From: Geotalea uraniireducens Rf4 | GTDB lineage: Bacteria; Desulfobacterota; Desulfuromonadia; Geobacterales; Geobacteraceae | Length of the DNA stretch: 32,000 bases | Assembly (NCBI RefSeq): GCF_000016745.1 | Contig: NC_009483.1 | Location: 4,770,001 to 4,802,000, forward strand | Direction: 5' to 3' | Shown here: one piece after another, positions 17,535-25,988 of the stretch | Layout: each line of letters starts with the position of its first letter | Numbering within the stretch: position 1 is the first letter of the stretch | Made by a program: the position numbers and the translations under genes | Notes under the pieces: generated by a model | Databases searched by the model: none | The model's input: only the letters and a program-made list of their open reading frames with translations | What the model was told of the DNA's origin: nothing

Positions 17535-18174
17535 CGTTATAAATCCTCTGTTCCTTAATGTAGTGCTCGACCGACTGGGGCACCAGATACCTGATCGAGC
17601 GGCCGAGCCGCGCCAATTCGCGAATGTCACTTGATGATATGTCGAGAAGGGTTCCTGCAATGGAGTAGACGGAATAACCGGAGCGGTGGGCAAGCCGTTT
17701 TTCCGCCTCATAATAGCAGAACTCATGGGCTATGGCAACAGGGAGGGCCGCGTCCAGAGCCGCGACAGCCGCGCCTGGACGCTCAACCACCACGATGTTG
17801 CACAGGTTGAATATGGCCGCGTACTCCCGCCAGGAACCGATATCCAGGAAAGAATCGCTGCCGACGATGAAGAAAAACTCGTCATGGGGAAATGCGCTGT
17901 GCAGCCCCTTCAGGGTGTCGATGGAGTAGGATTTGCCACCCCGCCGCCCCTCCACATCGGAAATGGTAAATGCCGGGTTGTCGGCTATCGCCAGCTGCAC
18001 CATCCGATAACGGACGTCGAAGGAGAGCTCCCCCGCCAGCGGCTTGTGCGGCGGAGAAGCGGCCGGCACAAACATCACCCGACCGAGGTCAAACCTGTCG
18101 CGGACCTCCTCCGCGATGCGGAGGTGGGCGTTGTGGATCGGGTTGAAGGTGCCGCCGAGGATACCTATCTTCAT
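17524..18174 (-). CDS. nadD: Nicotinate-nucleotide adenylyltransferase
   Basis: The N-terminus is MKIGILGGTFNPIHNAHL, and the ISSSDIR motif lies near the C-terminus. Confidence 0.92.
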   Translation of the reverse strand: MKIGILGGTFNPIHNAHLRIAEEVRDRFDLGRVMFVPAASPPHKPLAGELSFDVRYRMVQLAIADNPAFTISDVEGRRGGKSYSIDTLKGLHSAFPHDEFFFIVGSDSFLDIGSWREYAAIFNLCNIVVVERPGAAVAALDAALPVAIAHEFCYYEAEKRLAHRSGYSVYSIAGTLLDISSSDIRELARLGRSIRYLVPQSVEHYIKEQRIYNDAR

Positions 18175-18205
18175 GCGTCACCATCCACTCTCAACCGGCC
18201 GCCAT

Positions 18206-19462
18206 TCACGGCCTTACCTGCCCTTCGCCGTAGACGATGAACTTGGTTGTGGTCAGGTCCTCAAGCCCCATGGGCCCGAAGGAGTGGAGCTTGGTGGTGG
18301 AGATGCCGATCTCCGCGCCGAGGCCGAGCTGGTTGCCGTCGGAAAAGCGGGTGGAGGCGTTCACCAGCACCACGCTGGAGTTCACCTCGCGCAGGAAGCG
18401 CTGGGAGTTGCCGTAGTCGCTGGTGATGATGGCTTCCGTGTGTAGCGAGCCGTATTTGTTGATGTGTGCGATGGCCTCGTCCATGTCGTCCACCACCCTG
18501 GCAGCGAGGATCAGGTCCAGGTATTCGGCATGCCAGTCCTCTTCCGTGGCCGGTGTGGCTCCAGGTGCAAACTGGCGGAAGCAGTCGTCCCCGCGCATCT
18601 CGACCTTGAGCGCCGCCAGGGTCTCGAAGATGCGGGGGATGAAGGTCTCCGCCACATCCTTGTGGATGAGGAGGGTTTCCAGGGCGTTGCAGACCCCGGG
18701 CCGCTGGGTCTTGGAATTGACGATGATCCGCTCGGCCATGTCGAAGTCGGCAGAGGCATCGACGAATACGTGGCAGACCCCCTTGTAATGCTTGATGACC
18801 GGGATCTTGGAGTGCTCGACGACGAAGCGGATCAGACTCTCCCCGCCGCGGGGGATGATCACGTCGATGAACTCCTCCTGCTTGAGCATCTCCGTCACCC
18901 CTTCCCGCTCGACAAAGGGGATCACAGACAGGGCGGCAACCGGGATGCCGTCCTTGCGCATCTCGTCCTGGAGGATGCGGGCAATGGCCACGTTGGAGTA
19001 GATCGCCTCGGAACCGCCGCGCAACACCACGGCATTCCCCGCTTTCAGGCAGAGGGCGGCGGCATCGGCCGTCACGTTGGGACGCGACTCGTAGATGATG
19101 CCGATCACGCCGAGCGGGATGCGCATCTTACCCACGGTCAACTCGTTGGGACGCTTCCACATGCGCGTCACCTCCCCCACCGGATCGGGTAGACCGACCA
19201 CCTCACGCAGGCCATCGGCCATGGCCTTGATGCGGGCCTCGTCGAGCATCAGCCGGTCGAGCATGGCAGCGGAAAGCCCCTTCTTCTCCCCGGCAGAAAG
19301 GTCCTTGGCGTTCTCCTCTACCAGGTGAGGGGTGTTGTTGATCAGGGCCATGGCCATGTTCATCAGGAGCTCGTTCTTGGCAGCAGAAGAGAGCCTGGCC
19401 ATGGCAAGGGATGCCTGACGGGCATCGGCGGCTATTTTTCGGATTTTTTCGGCAATGGTCAT
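18206..19462 (-). CDS. proA: Glutamate-5-semialdehyde dehydrogenase (gamma-glutamyl phosphate reductase)
   Basis: It is 418 aa with the motifs IYESRPNVT, VVLRGGSEA, CNALETLL and STRFSDG. Confidence 0.93.
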   Translation of the reverse strand: MTIAEKIRKIAADARQASLAMARLSSAAKNELLMNMAMALINNTPHLVEENAKDLSAGEKKGLSAAMLDRLMLDEARIKAMADGLREVVGLPDPVGEVTRMWKRPNELTVGKMRIPLGVIGIIYESRPNVTADAAALCLKAGNAVVLRGGSEAIYSNVAIARILQDEMRKDGIPVAALSVIPFVEREGVTEMLKQEEFIDVIIPRGGESLIRFVVEHSKIPVIKHYKGVCHVFVDASADFDMAERIIVNSKTQRPGVCNALETLLIHKDVAETFIPRIFETLAALKVEMRGDDCFRQFAPGATPATEEDWHAEYLDLILAARVVDDMDEAIAHINKYGSLHTEAIITSDYGNSQRFLREVNSSVVLVNASTRFSDGNQLGLGAEIGISTTKLHSFGPMGLEDLTTTKFIVYGEGQVRP

Positions 19463-19531
19463 CGGGAACCTCCCTAAAAAGCTTATTTGCTACGGAGACA
19501 GTGGGGCACAGAAGAAAATCATAAACTTCAT

Positions 19532-19666
19532 TGAACCGCAAAGTCGCCAAGAACGCAAAGAAGGATAGAAAAGCTCGCCCGTTTGGTTTATAAAAAAACG
19601 GTTACAGGGTTTTAAGTCTTTCTTTGCGCCCCTTGTGCTTCAGCCCTTTGGGTCCTTTGCGGTTCA
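19532..19666. repeat. Nested inverted repeats (REP-like extragenic palindrome) in the proB-proA spacer
   Basis: The outer pair is tgaaccgcaaag (19532..19543) / ctttgcggttca (19655..19666), a perfect 12 bp. The inner pair is cgcaaagaa (19554..19562) / ttctttgcg (19620..19628), a perfect 9 bp. Confidence 0.6.
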
Positions 19667-19715
19667 GAGATTTTGTTTTCTCCATCCTTTTGTGTCGCAT
19701 CGGAAATAATTTCCA

Positions 19716-20837
19716 TTACAGAACCACTAGGTTATCTCTATGTATTATGTCGTCCCCGTAGCGGTAGCCTAAAATCTGCTCGATCTCCCCGCTCTTGCGG
19801 CCATGGATCAGCTCTATCTCCCGGCTGGAATAATCGGCGATGCCACGGGCGAATTCCGTCCCGTCCGGGCCGCAGACCCTGACGCAGGCGCCGCGGTCGA
19901 ATTTACCCTCCACCCGGACCACGCCGGACGGGAGGAGGCTCCTGCCGTGCCGGGCCAGCACCTCGCGCGCACCGTTATCGACGATGATTCTGCCCACCGG
20001 CCGGAGCGTATAGGCGATCCAGTGCTTGCGCCGGTTGAGACTGGTATCGGCCGGCAGGAACAGGGTGCCGACCTCGTCCCCTGTCAGTGCCCGCTCCAGG
20101 TTTCCCGGCGTCTTGCCGTTGATCATGAGCGTCGACACGCCCGACTTCCCCACCTTCTTGGCAGCGGCCACCTTGGTCGCCATGCCTCCTGTGCCGACAG
20201 TGGAAGCGCTGCCGCCGGCGGCGCGCTCCACCTCCCGGGTAATGGCACTGACCAGGTGAATCAGCCGGGCATCGGGATCGGTGCGGGGATCGGCGCTGTA
20301 AAAACCGTCGATATCGGTAAGAATGACGAGTAGCTGGGCCTCGACCAGGTTGGTGACCAGGGCCGACAGGTTGTCGTTGTCGCCGAACTTTATCTCGTCC
20401 ACCACCACAGTGTCGTTTTCATTGATGATGGGGATGATGCCGCAGTCAAGGAGGGTATCGATGGTGGCGCGGGCATTGAGGAAGCGGAGCCGGTTGGCGA
20501 GATCGTCCCGGGTCAGGAGCAGCTGCGCCACCTTGATCTCGTGGCCGGCAAACGCCTCTTCATAGGCGCGCATCAGTTTTGACTGGCCGATAGCGGCAGC
20601 AGCCTGTTTCTGGGGGATGGTGCGCGGCCGGTCTCCCAGCCCCAGCTCCTTCCTCCCCGCAGCCACAGCGCCGGAGGAAACGATGACTATCTCGTAGCCT
20701 TTTTTGCGAAAATGGGAAACCTCGCCGGCCAGCCCGCCGATAAGCGCGCTGTCAAGGCCGTTGTCATCGCAGGTCAGGACACGGCTGCCGATCTTGATGA
20801 CGATCCGTTTTACCTTTTTCAGGATTTCTTTGCGCAT
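19716..20837 (-). CDS. proB: Glutamate 5-kinase
   Basis: The 373-aa protein from [18 protein letters not shown] carries NENDTV and has a C-terminal PUA-like region. The upstream extension to 20966 has no support. Confidence 0.92.
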   Translation of the reverse strand: MRKEILKKVKRIVIKIGSRVLTCDDNGLDSALIGGLAGEVSHFRKKGYEIVIVSSGAVAAGRKELGLGDRPRTIPQKQAAAAIGQSKLMRAYEEAFAGHEIKVAQLLLTRDDLANRLRFLNARATIDTLLDCGIIPIINENDTVVVDEIKFGDNDNLSALVTNLVEAQLLVILTDIDGFYSADPRTDPDARLIHLVSAITREVERAAGGSASTVGTGGMATKVAAAKKVGKSGVSTLMINGKTPGNLERALTGDEVGTLFLPADTSLNRRKHWIAYTLRPVGRIIVDNGAREVLARHGRSLLPSGVVRVEGKFDRGACVRVCGPDGTEFARGIADYSSREIELIHGRKSGEIEQILGYRYGDDIIHRDNLVVL

Positions 20838-20980
20838 TGTGGAATTATACCGAACAAATATGGATATGAAAACGCCGCATAGTAGCATGTTTGCCAGGGC
20901 ATGGCAAACGTTGTTAGTTTCGGATTGACAAACCGGCGGGGTGACTTTAGACTGATGCCCTGCCAATAAAGGGGTACCGC

Positions 20981-21463
20981 TTGCTCGATAAGGAAAAATG
21001 GAAAAAGAAGTTTATGGCGATCCTTTCGCTGGACAGTCATCCGGGGCATATCTCCGCCGGGTTTGCTGTCGGGGTCTTCATAAGTTTCACCCCTTTTTTC
21101 GGCCTCCATACCCCCCTTGCCATTGCCGCCGCCTTTATCCTCCGCCTCAACAAGCTCACCTGCATCACCGGCGCCTGGATCAACACGCCGATAACCGTAA
21201 TCCCGATCCTGGGGTTGAGCTACAAACTGGGGAGGGTGCTCCGTGGTCTGCCACCGGGTGAATTGCATTTGAAGGGACTGGAGTGGCATTACCTGGAAAA
21301 ACACGCTACCTCACTGCTGCTCGGCAGTTCCATCCTCGGCTTTATTGCAGCAATCCTCTCTTATTTCGCCTGCTACTACCTGGTGGTCAGATTCAGACAG
21401 AAAGACGAAAGCCTGGCAGAGCTTACTCAGGAAATGGAAGTGGTCGGGGAAGAGATAGAATAA
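20981..21463 (+). CDS. DUF2062 domain membrane protein
   Basis: The motif [34 protein letters not shown]...GAWINTPIT is typical of DUF2062. The start is uncertain: TTG at 20981 or ATG at 21014. Confidence 0.7.
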   Translation: MLDKEKWKKKFMAILSLDSHPGHISAGFAVGVFISFTPFFGLHTPLAIAAAFILRLNKLTCITGAWINTPITVIPILGLSYKLGRVLRGLPPGELHLKGLEWHYLEKHATSLLLGSSILGFIAAILSYFACYYLVVRFRQKDESLAELTQEMEVVGEEIE

Positions 21464-21530
21464 AAAAAAGGAGCGAGGTTCGAGGTATGAGGATCGAGGC
21501 TCTGTACATCGACCTCAACCCTTTATCCTC

Positions 21531-21719
21531 GTTCCTTGTTCCTCGTTCCTTGTTCCTCGTTCCTTGTTCCTCGTTCCTTGTTCCTCGTTCCTCGTTCCTT
21601 GTTCCTCGTTCCTTGTTCCTTGTTCCTTGTTCCTTGTTCCTTGTTCCTTGTTCCTTGTTCCTTGTTCCTTGTTCCTTGTTCCTTGTTCCTTGTTCCTTGT
21701 TCCTCGAACCTCGTTCCTC
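21531..21719. repeat. 27-unit heptamer tandem array gttcct[t/c]; on the minus strand it reads AAGGAAC / GAGGAAC
   Basis: Parsed unit by unit. Units 1-12 mostly alternate T/C variants, so there is a 14-bp super-unit. Units 13-24 are twelve consecutive gttcctt, giving a run of 13 with unit 12. The array ends gttcctc gaacctc gttcctc. It is enclosed by a 17-bp stem: 21469..21485 pairs with 21702..21718, with the core cgaggttcgagg / cctcgaacctcg perfect over 12 bp. Confidence 0.92.
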
Positions 21720-21738
21720 GCCCCTGCTTCCCTTATTT

Positions 21739-23080
21739 GGCTCCTCGACGAATTGAGTGGGTAGCCTGGGCCGGGTTGATGTAAGATAGGCCACCATCAC
21801 TCAGCCTGGAGGTTAGTAATCGCTATGAATCCTGAAGATCTTTTTGGTGCTGCTCTTGGAATTGCCATCCCGTGGAAGGTTACCTCTGTTGACTTCAACA
21901 AGAAGTCAAGTCGTTTGGACATAACCATCGACTTCCAGCGGGGAGCCACCTTTCCCTGTCCGGTCTGCGGAACGTTGTCACCAGTCCATGACACCACGGA
22001 GAAAGAGTGGCGGCATCTGAATTTCTTCCAGTACGAAGCCTACCTTCATGCGCGTGTTCCACGGGTAAAGTGCCCTAACAGCGACTGCGGCGTGAAGTTG
22101 GTCCAGGTACCCTGGGCTCGCGCAGGCTCAGGATTTACGCTGCTGTTTGAGGCCCTGGCCATGACCATGGCTCGTGATTTGCCGGTGAAGGTCATGAGCA
22201 GGCTGTTTGCCGTTACCGATACCCGTCTATGGCGGTTGATTCAATCCTATGTCGAGAAGGCAAGGGCCGCAGAAGACTTCTCCGAGGTGAAGAGGGTCGG
22301 TGCGGATGAAACCTTTGCCGGGCGCAGTCATGACGAGAAATTCGTCACCTTCTTCTTCGACCTCGACATGCATAAGCTCTTGTTCGGCACGACGGGAAAG
22401 GACAACGAAACAGTCAAGAGCTTCGTCGCGGACCTTAAGTCACATGGCGGCGATCCTGATAGCATCACAGACGCTGCTATTGACATGTCCAAGGCATTCA
22501 TAAAGGGTGTCAAAGAGCAGTTGCCCCATGCCGTGGTCACCTTCGATAAATTCCACGTCATCAAGCTTATGAACGATAAGCTTAGTAAGATAAGGGCTCA
22601 AGAAGCCAGGTTATTTCCTGAAATCCTGAAAAAGAGCAGAAACCTGTTCCTCAAAAATCCAGAGAACCTGACACCGGAAGAGGAACAGCGCCTGGATGCC
22701 ATTATCACCAGTCAAAGCTTAAGGAGTACGGAAGCTTACATGCACAAGCTGAACCTTCAGAACGTCTATTTTGCTTCAAGCCGAACGGAGGCAGAAACCC
22801 TGTTGACCAAATGGCATCGGAAAGCCGCCGCAAGCTCAATCCAACTCATCAAGAACATGGCCGAATCTGTAAAAGAGCATTGGGATGGCATTCTGGCACA
22901 TTTTGAAAGCGGCCTGACTAGCGGCTTCATTGAGGGCATCAACAGCCTAATTCAATCAGCCAAAACTCGGGCACGAGGCTATCGGAATCCTGACAACTTG
23001 ATCTGCATGGCTTATCTGGTTGCAGGCAAGCTCAACCTAAAGTCGCTATTCCCTCTACCCACTTGATTCGTTGCAGAGCC
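21739..23080 (+). mobile_element. ISL3-family insertion sequence, copy 2 (1342 bp, same orientation as copy 1)
   Basis: It has the same ends as copy 1. The 8-bp target-site duplication is ccttattt, at 21731..21738 and 23081..23088. The transposase and all internal antisense ORF translations are identical to copy 1. Confidence 0.93.
21825..23066 (+). CDS. ISL3 family transposase (identical to 1902..3143)
   Basis: The 413-aa translation is identical to copy 1. Confidence 0.92.
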   Translation: MNPEDLFGAALGIAIPWKVTSVDFNKKSSRLDITIDFQRGATFPCPVCGTLSPVHDTTEKEWRHLNFFQYEAYLHARVPRVKCPNSDCGVKLVQVPWARAGSGFTLLFEALAMTMARDLPVKVMSRLFAVTDTRLWRLIQSYVEKARAAEDFSEVKRVGADETFAGRSHDEKFVTFFFDLDMHKLLFGTTGKDNETVKSFVADLKSHGGDPDSITDAAIDMSKAFIKGVKEQLPHAVVTFDKFHVIKLMNDKLSKIRAQEARLFPEILKKSRNLFLKNPENLTPEEEQRLDAIITSQSLRSTEAYMHKLNLQNVYFASSRTEAETLLTKWHRKAAASSIQLIKNMAESVKEHWDGILAHFESGLTSGFIEGINSLIQSAKTRARGYRNPDNLICMAYLVAGKLNLKSLFPLPT

Positions 23081-23082
23081 CC

Positions 23083-24084
23083 TTATTTGCCCAGAAACGG
23101 ACTCAACACCATATAAGTGACAAATGCCACTGCACCAGAAGCGGGAATGGTAAGGACCCATGCAACGAGAATACGGGAGGCTATCCCCCAGTTGACGGCG
23201 GACATCCTTTTCGACAGCCCGACCCCGAGGATCGCTGACGTTATCACGTGGGTGGTGCTGGTCGGCATCCCCATAGCTGAGGCGCCTAAAATGACCCCGG
23301 CGGAAGCGGTCTCGACGCAGAAGCCGTGCACCGGTTGCAGCTTAACGAAATCCCGACCGACGGTCTTGATGATGCGCCACCCCCCTGCCGCAGTACCAAA
23401 GGCCATGGCAACAGCACAGGCGATCTTCACCCAGGTGGGAACGGCAAAGGTGCTAAGTGTCCCATAGCTCACCAGCGCCATGGTGATAACACCCATGGAT
23501 TTCTGTGCATCGGCGGTGCCGTGGGAAAAAGCCATGAATGCGGCAGACAGTATTTGCAGTTTCCTGAAGGACTTGTTCAGACCATAGGGGGATTTGTTTC
23601 TGAAGCTCCACATCATCAGCACCATGAAGATAAAGCCGAGCAGCGTACCGAGGACGGGGGAGACCAGCAGGGCGAGGATGATCGTTTTCAGGCCTGTCCA
23701 GTGGAGGGCGGACATACCGGCATGGGCAATCACCGAACCCATGATGCCGCCGATGATGGCATGGGAAGATGATGAAGGGAGGCCGTAATACCAGGTTATC
23801 AGGTCCCAGATGATCGCGCCGGTAACCCCGGCCAACACCACCATCTGGGTGATATTGCTGGCATCGACGATCCCCTTGCCGATGGTCGCCGCCACCTTGG
23901 TGGAGATCATGGCGCCGGCAAAGTTCAGCCCCGCAGCCATGATTATGGCGCTCCGTATGGAAAGGGCGCGGGTGGAGACGCAGGTGGCGATGGCATTGGC
24001 AGTATCGTGGAAGCCGTTGATGTAGTCGAAGAGTAGCGATGCGGCTATCACCAGGACGAGCATTACCAGTGTTACCTCAGGCAT
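23083..24084 (-). CDS. pit: Inorganic phosphate transporter, PiT (PHO4) family
   Basis: The N-terminus is LLFDYINGFHDTANAIAT. The internal repeat signature is FSHGTADAQKSMG, and the protein is polytopic. Confidence 0.9.
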   Translation of the reverse strand: MPEVTLVMLVLVIAASLLFDYINGFHDTANAIATCVSTRALSIRSAIIMAAGLNFAGAMISTKVAATIGKGIVDASNITQMVVLAGVTGAIIWDLITWYYGLPSSSSHAIIGGIMGSVIAHAGMSALHWTGLKTIILALLVSPVLGTLLGFIFMVLMMWSFRNKSPYGLNKSFRKLQILSAAFMAFSHGTADAQKSMGVITMALVSYGTLSTFAVPTWVKIACAVAMAFGTAAGGWRIIKTVGRDFVKLQPVHGFCVETASAGVILGASAMGMPTSTTHVITSAILGVGLSKRMSAVNWGIASRILVAWVLTIPASGAVAFVTYMVLSPFLGK

Positions 24085-24694
24085 TTTTTACCACCACGCT
24101 TTCCAGGATGTTTGCCGCATCTTCGCACTTATCCGTGGCCCTTTCCAGGGTTTCGTAAATCTCCTTCCACTTGATGAGCTGAATCGGGTCTTTTTCCTCG
24201 TCGAACAGGCGGCTGATCGCCTCGCGACAGACACGGTCCGCCTCGTTCTCCAGGGCGTTCACCTCGACACAGTATGCGCTGATCGGCTCCAGCTTGCCGC
24301 CCAGAAGCGCCACGGTCTTGTCGATGGTCTGGCAGGACTTGAGGATGAGGAAAGCCAGCTCCTTTGCTTCCGGCGTCGGCTTTTCCACGTTGTACATGAC
24401 CACCCGCTGGGCTGAGGCATCGATCAGGTCGAGGATATCATCGAGGGCCGCGGAAAGGGCATAAATGTCTTCCCGGTCAAAGGGGGTGACAAAGCTCTTG
24501 TTCAATTTCTTTATGATGTCGTGAGTCAGGGAATCACCCTTGTGTTCAATATCCTTGATCCGCCGCTGGCTGGTGACCGGGTCATGGAAGTTATCCAGCA
24601 TATCCTTCAACAGTTCGGCACCTTCTATGATGTTACTGGTCATCTCCTTGAACATGATAAAAAATTTTTCGTCCTTGGGAATCAGCCCAAACAT
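24077..24694 (-). CDS. DUF47 / TIGR00153 PhoU-like Pit accessory protein
   Basis: The N-terminus is MFGLIPKDEKFFIMFKEM, with EHKGDSLTHDI and FVTPFDREDI. It overlaps the pit start by 8 bp, which is the classic DUF47-pit pair. Confidence 0.85.
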   Translation of the reverse strand: MFGLIPKDEKFFIMFKEMTSNIIEGAELLKDMLDNFHDPVTSQRRIKDIEHKGDSLTHDIIKKLNKSFVTPFDREDIYALSAALDDILDLIDASAQRVVMYNVEKPTPEAKELAFLILKSCQTIDKTVALLGGKLEPISAYCVEVNALENEADRVCREAISRLFDEEKDPIQLIKWKEIYETLERATDKCEDAANILESVVVKNA

Positions 24695-25132
24695 ACTGCT
24701 ACCTCCGAGCGATCCAGATACCTGAACCGGTTATTTTGAAACCTGCTAGAAATAGCACAATTTTGTCCGACTGCCCACAAAAAATGTTGCGATCATGTTA
24801 CAGCGACTCGTATACAATAATTTCCATCCGGAACCGGATGAGAAATTATTGGTTTCTGATTCGGAAAGCGGGGATTTTTTGACTCAACCTTTCGGTTGAC
24901 CCCGCCGGGGCGCCTTCGCGGTCCAACTCGCTAGGCTCGTTGTGTCCTGGCAAGGAAATCAAGAGGTTGCGCGGAGGCGTACAAAGGTACGCCGCACAAG
25001 CAAGCCCGCAGATTGACACAGCCAGGGCGAAAAAGCACCCTTTCCGGACAGAAACCACATAATTACTCCTTGATTTTGCCAGATGCATCGCTTATGTTGC
25101 TCAGGCTTTAAGCACAGAAGGAGATTATCCGA

Positions 25133-25945
25133 ATGGACCCGTTTCACGCAGCAATTCTCGGTGCTCTGCAGGGGTTGACCGAAGTCCTCCCCATCAGCAG
25201 TTCTGCCCACCTGATTCTTTTCCCAACCTTTCTCAAATGGCCGGAGTCGGGCATAACCTTCGATGTCGCCCTCCACCTCGGAACCTTCATCGCCCTATCG
25301 CTCTATTTCTGGCAGGATATCATCGAACTGATCGGCAACTTTGCCGGCGGCCTGACTGGCAGAGGGCTCCATACCCCGTCGAACCGCCTCCCCTTTTACA
25401 TCATAGCCGGCACCATTCCTGCGGCGCTGGTGGGCAAAACCCTGGAAGCCCCCATTGAGGAGATCTTCAGAAAAAGCCCGCTGCTGATTGCGGTCTTACT
25501 CATCGTTTTCGGCCTGATCCTCGCCTTTGCCGACACAACCGGCGCAAAGCGCTGGAAAATGGACCGGATCACCCTCAAATTCGCCCTGATAATCGGCCTG
25601 GCCCAGTGCCTCGCCCTGATCCCCGGCGTTTCCCGTTCCGGCATCACCATTACTGCCGCCCTGCTGATCGGATTCAACAGGGAAACCGCAGCACGGTTCT
25701 CCTTTCTCCTGTCACTTCCGATCGTAGCCGGCGCCGCGCTGCTCAAGGTAGGGCACCTGGTCAAGACCGGTATTCCGGCCAACGAGGTTGCGCCGCTTTT
25801 GATCGGCATTGCCACCTCGGCGGTTTTCGGCTTTTTGAGCGTTGCCTTCCTCCTCAAACTCGTGCAGCGGAGCTCGCTCTACCCCTTTGTCTGGTACCGG
25901 CTGGTTGCCGGCTCCATGGCGCTGGTGTTGGTCTTTATTCTCTGA
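25133..25945 (+). CDS. uppP: Undecaprenyl-diphosphate phosphatase
   Basis: The motifs are GLTEVLPISSSAHLIL and PGVSRSGITI. It is 270 aa and polytopic. Confidence 0.93.
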   Translation: MDPFHAAILGALQGLTEVLPISSSAHLILFPTFLKWPESGITFDVALHLGTFIALSLYFWQDIIELIGNFAGGLTGRGLHTPSNRLPFYIIAGTIPAALVGKTLEAPIEEIFRKSPLLIAVLLIVFGLILAFADTTGAKRWKMDRITLKFALIIGLAQCLALIPGVSRSGITITAALLIGFNRETAARFSFLLSLPIVAGAALLKVGHLVKTGIPANEVAPLLIGIATSAVFGFLSVAFLLKLVQRSSLYPFVWYRLVAGSMALVLVFIL

Positions 25946-25988
25946 ATCGGCGCGTGACGGACGTGCCGGCAGAAAGCGGAGAGGTCCT

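Noticed and set aside
19716-20966. N-terminal extensions of the longest ORFs for proB (to 20966), rsfS (to 17726), radC (from 25842), dinG (from 10049), comF (to 14448), the membrane protein (to 13142) and the coiled-coil gene (to 29093)
   Set aside because: The extensions overlap upstream genes or terminator hairpins and lack similarity to the family N-termini. Internal starts give canonical N-termini (for example [18 protein letters not shown] for ProB), and some have good RBSs.
21531-21719. CRISPR array interpretation of the tandem repeats (also 16632..16684 and the 108-bp repeats)
   Set aside because: The heptamer arrays have no spacers because the units are contiguous. The 108-bp repeats occur only twice and are separated by a gene. 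There are no cas genes in the window.
21283-21800. ORFs translating the heptamer array (LVPRS/LVPCS or KEQGTRN repeats: 21283..21756, 21423..21800, 21536..21784, 21564..21764)
   Set aside because: All frames are open only because a 7-bp repeat lacks stop codons. A 7-bp period shifts the frame at every unit, there is no RBS, and the ORFs run into the IS end. They are treated as non-coding repeat.
1816-23080. Composite transposon formed by the two IS copies
   Set aside because: Each copy carries its own matching 8-bp TSD, so these are two independent simple insertions. The intervening DNA is core metabolism (proBA, nadD, gpmI, rlmH, rsfS) at background GC.
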